Source: Deltaproteobacteria bacterium
GTDB taxonomy: Bacteria > Desulfobacterota > Syntrophobacteria > BM002
NCBI GenBank assembly: GCA_022340905.1
Contig: JAJDNB010000037.1
Span: 2,150-66,149, forward strand
DNA length: 64,000 nucleotides
Direction of reading: 5' to 3'
Positions within the stretch are counted from its first letter, which is position 1, and each line of letters starts with the position of its first letter. Below are positions 58,974-64,000 of this stretch, one piece after another. The notes beneath the pieces are model-generated. The model saw only the letters and a program-made list of their open reading frames with translations. It was not told the DNA's origin and ran no database searches. The position numbers and the translations under genes are program-made.

Positions 58974-60293
58974 CTAAGTTCTACTAGAGACATCCAGCCG
59001 ACCAACGCAGGCATAGCGAAACCCAAGGGCACGCATTTTCTCTGGCTCGTAGATGTTTCTCAGATCGATTACTACCGGCTCTCTCAGGAGTTCGGCCATT
59101 CGCTCCCAGTTTAGATTGCGGAACTGATTCCATTCCGTGATAATTACCAACCCGTGAGCGCCTCGAGCGGCATCGTAGGCATCCTTGGCATAATACACCG
59201 ACCTAAATACCTTCCGGGCCTCCTTCATCCCTGCCGGATCATAGGCCCGAATCTTGGCTCCCCGTCTCTGCAAACCCCTTATAATCATTATAGATGGAGC
59301 ATCGCGCATGTCATCCGTATTAGGCTTAAAGGTAAGTCCAAGGATGGCAAGTACCTTTCCTTCTAAATTATCCAAGCTCTGGATAACCTTTTCTATCATC
59401 AGTTTACGCTGGCGCTTATTCACTCGGCTTACAGCCTTAACAATCTCAAAGCTGTATCCGTGATCCCGACTAATCTTTTCGATTGCCTTTATGTCTTTAG
59501 GAAAACAGGAACCACCAAAGCCGGGGCCGGGATGGAGAAATTTAGGCCCTATACGTCTATCTAAGCCCATTCCTTTTGCTACCTGGTGAACATCAGCGCC
59601 CACTCTTTCGCAGATATTGGCCATCTCATTGATAAACGAAACCTTAGTGGCTAGAAAGGCGTTTGATGCGTATTTAATCATTTCAGAGGTTTGAACGTCG
59701 GTAATGATAAATGGTGTTTCGATCAAATACAGTGGACTGTAAAGATCCTTTAAAATGGCGACAGCCTGGTCGCTCTTTGTTCCAATCACAACTCGATTGG
59801 GCCGCATAAAATCTTCTATGGCCGAACCTTCTCTAAGAAATTCGGGATTGGAAACTACATCAAAGGAAACATCTGACTTACGCTCTTCCTCTATGATTTG
59901 AGTAATTATTTGACTCGTGCCGACAGGTACAGTGCTCTTGGTAACAACCACCTTGTAGCCGTCCAGATTCTGGCCAATGGTCGCCGCCACTTCCCGTATG
60001 TACTTGAGATCGGCACTACCATCAGGAGCCGAGGGAGTGCCAACTGCAATGAAAACTACCAGTGCTTGTCGAATGGCAGCGCCGACTTCCGTGGTAAAGG
60101 TCAAACGACCCTCTTGAACATTCTTGAGAACGAGTTCCGTTAAGCCCGGCTCATAAAAGGGCACCTGCCCTTTTTTTAATAGCTCGATCCTACCTTCATC
60201 TTTGTCAACACAGGTAACGTTTACACCAAACTCCGCAAAACAGGCACCGGTGACCAGACCAACATATCCCACCCCGACCACGCATATATGCAT
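58974..60293 (-). CDS. ugd: UDP-glucose 6-dehydrogenase (nucleotide-sugar dehydrogenase family)
   Basis: VGVGYVG NAD site and the three UDPG_MGDP_dh domains. Confidence 0.85.
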   Translation of the reverse strand: MHICVVGVGYVGLVTGACFAEFGVNVTCVDKDEGRIELLKKGQVPFYEPGLTELVLKNVQEGRLTFTTEVGAAIRQALVVFIAVGTPSAPDGSADLKYIREVAATIGQNLDGYKVVVTKSTVPVGTSQIITQIIEEERKSDVSFDVVSNPEFLREGSAIEDFMRPNRVVIGTKSDQAVAILKDLYSPLYLIETPFIITDVQTSEMIKYASNAFLATKVSFINEMANICERVGADVHQVAKGMGLDRRIGPKFLHPGPGFGGSCFPKDIKAIEKISRDHGYSFEIVKAVSRVNKRQRKLMIEKVIQSLDNLEGKVLAILGLTFKPNTDDMRDAPSIMIIRGLQRRGAKIRAYDPAGMKEARKVFRSVYYAKDAYDAARGAHGLVIITEWNQFRNLNWERMAELLREPVVIDLRNIYEPEKMRALGFRYACVGRLDVSSRT

Positions 60294-60305
60294 TGAAGTT
60301 ACTCC

Positions 60306-61313
60306 TTAGATCTGTAACAGCTTACTGCCAGCCAGAACCTCCTTTAGTTTAGCGGCAGGAACTATAGCCGTTCCTACTTCACCGACCACGATACCAGCAG
60401 CCAGGTTTGCTAGTTCGGCGGCCTGACCGGGCTTCAGACCGGCAGCCAGTGCTAAGGTGAAAGTCGCTATGACAGTGTCACCTGCGCCAGAGACATCGAA
60501 GACTTTTCTGGGCTCCGTGGGGATTTCAGTAATCCGCTCATTAGACTCAAACAGCGTCATACCCTTGTCGCCTTGAGTAATCAGCACCATTTCACAGCCG
60601 AGTTCGTTAAGCAAGAAAGTTCCGGCTTCTCTTAAACTCTGTCCATCATGAATCGAAATACCGGACATGAGCTGAGCTTCATTATGATTCGGGGTGATTG
60701 CGGTAACGTCTTTATATAAGTCCAAGTTCTTTACTTTTGGATCGACCAGCAGGATGGTCCCACTGTCGCGTGTCAGAGATCTGATGCCGTCCATTAGGTT
60801 TTGAGTAACCACACCTTTACCATAGTCGACAACCACAACTGCGTCGCTGTGGTCGAGATATTTTTTGAGGGTGGCGAGAATCTTCTCGATGCTGGCCTTA
60901 TTCACAGGCTCTCGCTTCTCTCGATCCACTCTCACGACTTGTTGACGGTGAGCAACCACGCGGGTTTTGATGGTGGTGGGTCGCCAATCCTCAATGACAA
61001 TGCCATCAGCGCCACTATTGAGCTGGCCCAACTTACTCACCACTTCTGCACCCATGGGATCATCTCCGATAATGCCAAAAAGGAAGGCTTGGCCGCCCAG
61101 GGCAATAATGTTGCTGACTACATTCCCGGCCCCACCTAACCTGCGATCATCTTTCTCCACTTCTACAATCGGAACTGGCGCCTCGGGTGAAATCCTCTCA
61201 ACCCGGCCCCAAAGGTATTCGTCCATAATCACGTCACCCACCACCAGCATCCGGCAGGAGGTGAATTTGTCTATTGCATCAAAGAGAAGTTTGGGATCGT
61301 AGGGGGCCGACAT
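60306..61313 (-). CDS. D-glycero-beta-D-manno-heptose-7-phosphate kinase (RfaE domain I, PfkB family)
   Basis: PfkB carbohydrate kinase motifs (GGAGNV, DVSGAGD). Confidence 0.8.
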   Translation of the reverse strand: MSAPYDPKLLFDAIDKFTSCRMLVVGDVIMDEYLWGRVERISPEAPVPIVEVEKDDRRLGGAGNVVSNIIALGGQAFLFGIIGDDPMGAEVVSKLGQLNSGADGIVIEDWRPTTIKTRVVAHRQQVVRVDREKREPVNKASIEKILATLKKYLDHSDAVVVVDYGKGVVTQNLMDGIRSLTRDSGTILLVDPKVKNLDLYKDVTAITPNHNEAQLMSGISIHDGQSLREAGTFLLNELGCEMVLITQGDKGMTLFESNERITEIPTEPRKVFDVSGAGDTVIATFTLALAAGLKPGQAAELANLAAGIVVGEVGTAIVPAAKLKEVLAGSKLLQI

Positions 61314-61442
61314 CTAGAGAATCTACCTCTCAACCTCTGGGGCTTGGAGTGAACTGCTCATGAATATAGCACAGCATTATGAGGAAGCCAGCACTTTTTT
61401 GCTCAGGCCGGCTCCAATACTCCACTCTGTCATGACTCCACC

Positions 61443-61472
61443 AGCAATTCATGAAATATCCAGGCTAGGGCT
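61443..61472. mobile_element. Family B terminal fragment (solo TIR)
   Basis: attcatgaaatatccaggctagggc, about 45 bp upstream of the lptF/G start. Confidence 0.45.
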
Positions 61473-61515
61473 TGGTCATTTACAAACTAATTGGCTTCAA
61501 TTACACTCCGTCTTT

Positions 61516-62688
61516 ATGCGACGAACCTTGTTGAGATATTTGGTAGCTGAGGAGGCGGTTCCATTTTTTGTCAGCCTATTTGTCCTCACCCTCGTTTTAT
61601 TTCTGGGAAAGACCATTCGCTACACCAAGTTGCTTTTTATTACCGGGTCCGGCCTCGCTGACTTTGGTAGACTTCTGCTCTATCTAATTCCCTACTTGCT
61701 CGCCTTTACCATTCCCATGGCCACTCTTCTGGCCATTCTTCTCGCCTTCGCTAGATTGGCTAATGACAACGAACTTACCGCCATGAAGGGTGCTGGGATT
61801 AGCTTTTATCAAACAATTCCTCCAGTTGCTTTGCTGGCTGGGTTTGCTTGGTTGGGCACCCTCACTCTCTCCAATTTTGTTCTTCCCCATGCCAATAGAG
61901 CTTTCCAACGCACCCTTGTCGAGATGGCGAGATCTAGAGGCCAGCTAATTCTCAAAGAGAGGGTCTTTAATGATCAGTTTGCGGGCCTGGTTTTTTTCAT
62001 TAACAGCATCTCTCCAGACGGCAAACATCTGCGGAAGGTATTTGTTGCCGACAGCCGATCACCTGAGACCAATAGTTCAATTATTGCCGAGGAAGGTTTT
62101 GTGGTCCAATCACCTGACGGCAGTCGATTGACCCTGAGGCTCCTTCGGGGACGTATCTTTCGAGTGAATGCAGAGATGGAAAGTTTGCAAACCATTCGTT
62201 TCCAAAAGTATGACTTCAACCTTGATTTGAACTCTTTTGCCCTAGGTGACAAGGAATTTCGTAAGGCGGAACGGCATCTTAGCTTTACTGAATTACGGCA
62301 GGCACTGGCTGCAGCCAGTGTTGGATCAACGGAATACAACAGGCTTTCCTATGAATTTCATAGACGCTTATCCCTCCCCTTTGCCTGTATTGTTTTAGGA
62401 TTTCTCGCTGCGCCTTTGAGTGTTCAATCCCGAACCGGCTCACGACTCTCAGAAGTTGTTCTTGGTATTCTTCTGTTCTTGCTGTATTACGTTTTCGTCT
62501 CGGCCTCTAAGGCCCTGGGGGAAGGAGGATCTTTCTCACCTGCGGTCGGCCTATGGTTGCCAAATGTCATTTTTTCTGCACTTGCAATAGTTCTGTGGAT
62601 CAAAACCGCAAGGGAGTCTCCATTCAAACCAATTGTCCTGGCTCGAAGACTTTTGGGGGTACTTACTTCTCGAGTCAAATCCCATTGA
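61516..62688 (+). CDS. LptF/LptG family LPS export permease
   Basis: MRRTLLRYLVAEE start typical of YjgP/YjgQ, and six TM helices. The track start at 61360 is a long upstream extension. Confidence 0.75.
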   Translation: MRRTLLRYLVAEEAVPFFVSLFVLTLVLFLGKTIRYTKLLFITGSGLADFGRLLLYLIPYLLAFTIPMATLLAILLAFARLANDNELTAMKGAGISFYQTIPPVALLAGFAWLGTLTLSNFVLPHANRAFQRTLVEMARSRGQLILKERVFNDQFAGLVFFINSISPDGKHLRKVFVADSRSPETNSSIIAEEGFVVQSPDGSRLTLRLLRGRIFRVNAEMESLQTIRFQKYDFNLDLNSFALGDKEFRKAERHLSFTELRQALAAASVGSTEYNRLSYEFHRRLSLPFACIVLGFLAAPLSVQSRTGSRLSEVVLGILLFLLYYVFVSASKALGEGGSFSPAVGLWLPNVIFSALAIVLWIKTARESPFKPIVLARRLLGVLTSRVKSH

Positions 62689-62706
62689 AGATTTAACCGA
62701 CCATTC

Positions 62707-62793
62707 ACCACAAAGAACACAAAGGCCACAAAGGAAGGATGAAATACAGACCAAACTAAGTAAACCCTTTGTGAACTTTGTGCCCTTTGTGGT
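62707..62793. repeat. Family A palindromic repeat, copy A11
   Basis: accacaaagaacacaaaggccacaaaggaagg ... ccctttgtgaactttgtgccctttgtggtt. Confidence 0.8.
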
Positions 62794-62823
62794 TCCCACT
62801 CCACCACGGTCTTGGCAATAGGC

Positions 62824-63777
62824 CTATCGAAATCCTCCCTTACGATATAATCTCCATGAAAGGATGCATACTGCCAACAGTGGATGGCGTTTTAGCCGAG
62901 GAGTCCATTCAACCGTGACCCCGGAGTGCCGCTCTATTTTCCACTGGATGTAATCCACGCCCCCCTCAAAAGTAAAAACCGCCTTGAGAAGACGCAAGAC
63001 TGAAAGTACTTTTCCCTGGAATCTCCTTAAAATCCAAGCCCACTGGCTGCGGTATCGCACCGAGTTCGGAATGTGTGCATGATAGAAGAATTCATCGGCA
63101 TCAGCAAGAACCTCCACCTCAAAGGGGACTGAACCTATCGCAACGCGGGTGACCTGTTCATAATATTCCGGAGCAGCGTCAACCAGATGGATGAGTTTTT
63201 CAGGTTTTTCTGACCTGAGTTCGGCCCTATAGCTGAGCAAAAGTCCATCCCTCCACAAATCTCGAGCTGTAAACCTCTCCTCTGCAGCTGGCATTACTCG
63301 GGTGATAAAAGTAGTAACAGCTTGCGCCAACGCCACTCTCACCTGTTTTTCCGCCTGGTTGTTGCGAGCGTACACCAGCCCGACGGGTTGGGCGAATCTC
63401 CCCCACAGGTAGGAGTGGAACCACTGCTTCGACGTACCCCTCTGAAAGTCTCTGAGAGATAACACAGCGTACTTTGTGCGCACCACTCGATCTTGGACGG
63501 GCAACTCCAGATAGAACACATTGGGTGGCAGTAGTTTGTTCGCAATAGCCTGCAAACGTTTGGAGAAAACGGCGCGGTAGCTATCCACTATGACGTACAG
63601 ATCAACCAGCCCATCGGTATCGTCACCCGTACGAAAACAGGAACCATAGAAAAGTATTGCTTGGGTACCTTCTCCATACCGGTTCAGCAACACCTCAGAC
63701 AAGGCGCTTACACCGGCCGGAGGTTCCCGAGATGACTCTTTTCGAATCAAGTTGAGTAGGTTCGATGGCACTGACAC
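62824..63777 (-). CDS. Tam41/Mmp37-like nucleotidyltransferase (putative CDP-diacylglycerol synthase-like)
   Basis: AILFYGSCFRTGDDTDGLVDLYVIVDSY resembles the Tam41 nucleotidyltransferase motif. 317 aa. Confidence 0.4.
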   Translation of the reverse strand: MSVPSNLLNLIRKESSREPPAGVSALSEVLLNRYGEGTQAILFYGSCFRTGDDTDGLVDLYVIVDSYRAVFSKRLQAIANKLLPPNVFYLELPVQDRVVRTKYAVLSLRDFQRGTSKQWFHSYLWGRFAQPVGLVYARNNQAEKQVRVALAQAVTTFITRVMPAAEERFTARDLWRDGLLLSYRAELRSEKPEKLIHLVDAAPEYYEQVTRVAIGSVPFEVEVLADADEFFYHAHIPNSVRYRSQWAWILRRFQGKVLSVLRLLKAVFTFEGGVDYIQWKIERHSGVTVEWTPRLKRHPLLAVCILSWRLYRKGGFR

Positions 63778-63779
63778 GG

Positions 63780-64000
63780 TTACAACCGTACAAATGAAGC
63801 CACACCGCCATTTTGGATAACAATCGGTCCACGGTGTGCTTCCGCCTCAAAAAGCTCACCGTCAAGGGTGAATCCACTGTTTAGGTTCAGCCGGACTCGC
63901 TCTACATTATGGCTAACGTAGCCGTTTTTTGCGGTCCCGTAACGGTTCGTCCTCCCGCGTATGAGAGCCGGGAGCGCCCGCAACAGGTATTGAGGATTCG
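63780..64000 (-). CDS. C-terminal fragment of a diacylglycerol-kinase-family lipid kinase (gene continues beyond the window)
   Basis: The C-terminal ...LDGELFEAEAHRGPIVIQNGGVASFVRL resembles a DAGK_cat/YegS-type tail. The true start is off-window. Confidence 0.3.
   Translation of the reverse strand, partial: NPQYLLRALPALIRGRTNRYGTAKNGYVSHNVERVRLNLNSGFTLDGELFEAEAHRGPIVIQNGGVASFVRL

Noticed and set aside
61360-61515. Long N-terminal extension of the lptF/G ORF
   Set aside because: The extension contains a family-B fragment, and LptF homologs begin at MRRTLLRYL. The upstream M is an artefact of an open frame.
1-64000. CRISPR array
   Set aside because: The interspersed repeats are inverted palindromes with variable loops. 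They are scattered singly between genes, not regularly spaced direct repeats separated by unique spacers, and no cas genes are present.

Overview
This 64 kb window (about 50% GC) is a gene-dense stretch of a bacterial chromosome, and most genes lie on the minus strand. The gene content suggests an anaerobe, possibly a deltaproteobacterial or syntroph-like organism, but that is inference only.

I recognise a large aromatic amino acid block. It holds trpE-G-D-C-F-B-A preceded by a ribosome-type attenuator whose 30-aa leader peptide contains W-Y-W-W-W. It also holds an aro operon that mixes the archaeal-type first two steps (ADH synthase and 3-dehydroquinate synthase II) with bacterial aroD, aroE, aroA, chorismate mutase and tyrA.

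Other confident calls: phenylacetate-CoA ligase with an ACT protein, a biotin-containing oxaloacetate-decarboxylase-alpha/pyruvate-carboxylase-B-like subunit, a stomatin/NfeD pair, coaBC, purC, yicC-remA-gmk, rlmB, yggS, maf, tatD, UDP-glucose dehydrogenase, heptose-7-P kinase, an LptF/G permease, an SSS transporter, a CNNM/CorC transporter, ACP, a TetR regulator, NUDIX, thermonuclease, family-4 UDG and a nitroreductase. I found no rRNA, tRNA or CRISPR array.

The most unusual thing is the intergenic DNA. Almost every gap longer than about 80 bp carries a palindromic repeat. At least six sequence-unrelated families (A, C, D, E, F, G) share one architecture: three tandem 7-9 bp units, a 25-170 bp A-rich loop, then the same three units as an inverted complement. 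Family A (unit CACAAAG) has 11 copies in this window. A seventh family (B) is a 185 bp MITE-like element with 22 bp terminal inverted repeats (4 full copies plus 1 fragment), flanked by CTAG/YTAR. Two of its copies supply the TAG stop codon of the upstream gene (aroE and purC). Several repeats sit inside operons (trp, aro, yicC-remA-gmk).

CDS coordinates follow the supplied ORF track. Repeat, terminator and promoter coordinates were read by eye and may be off by +/-2 bp.
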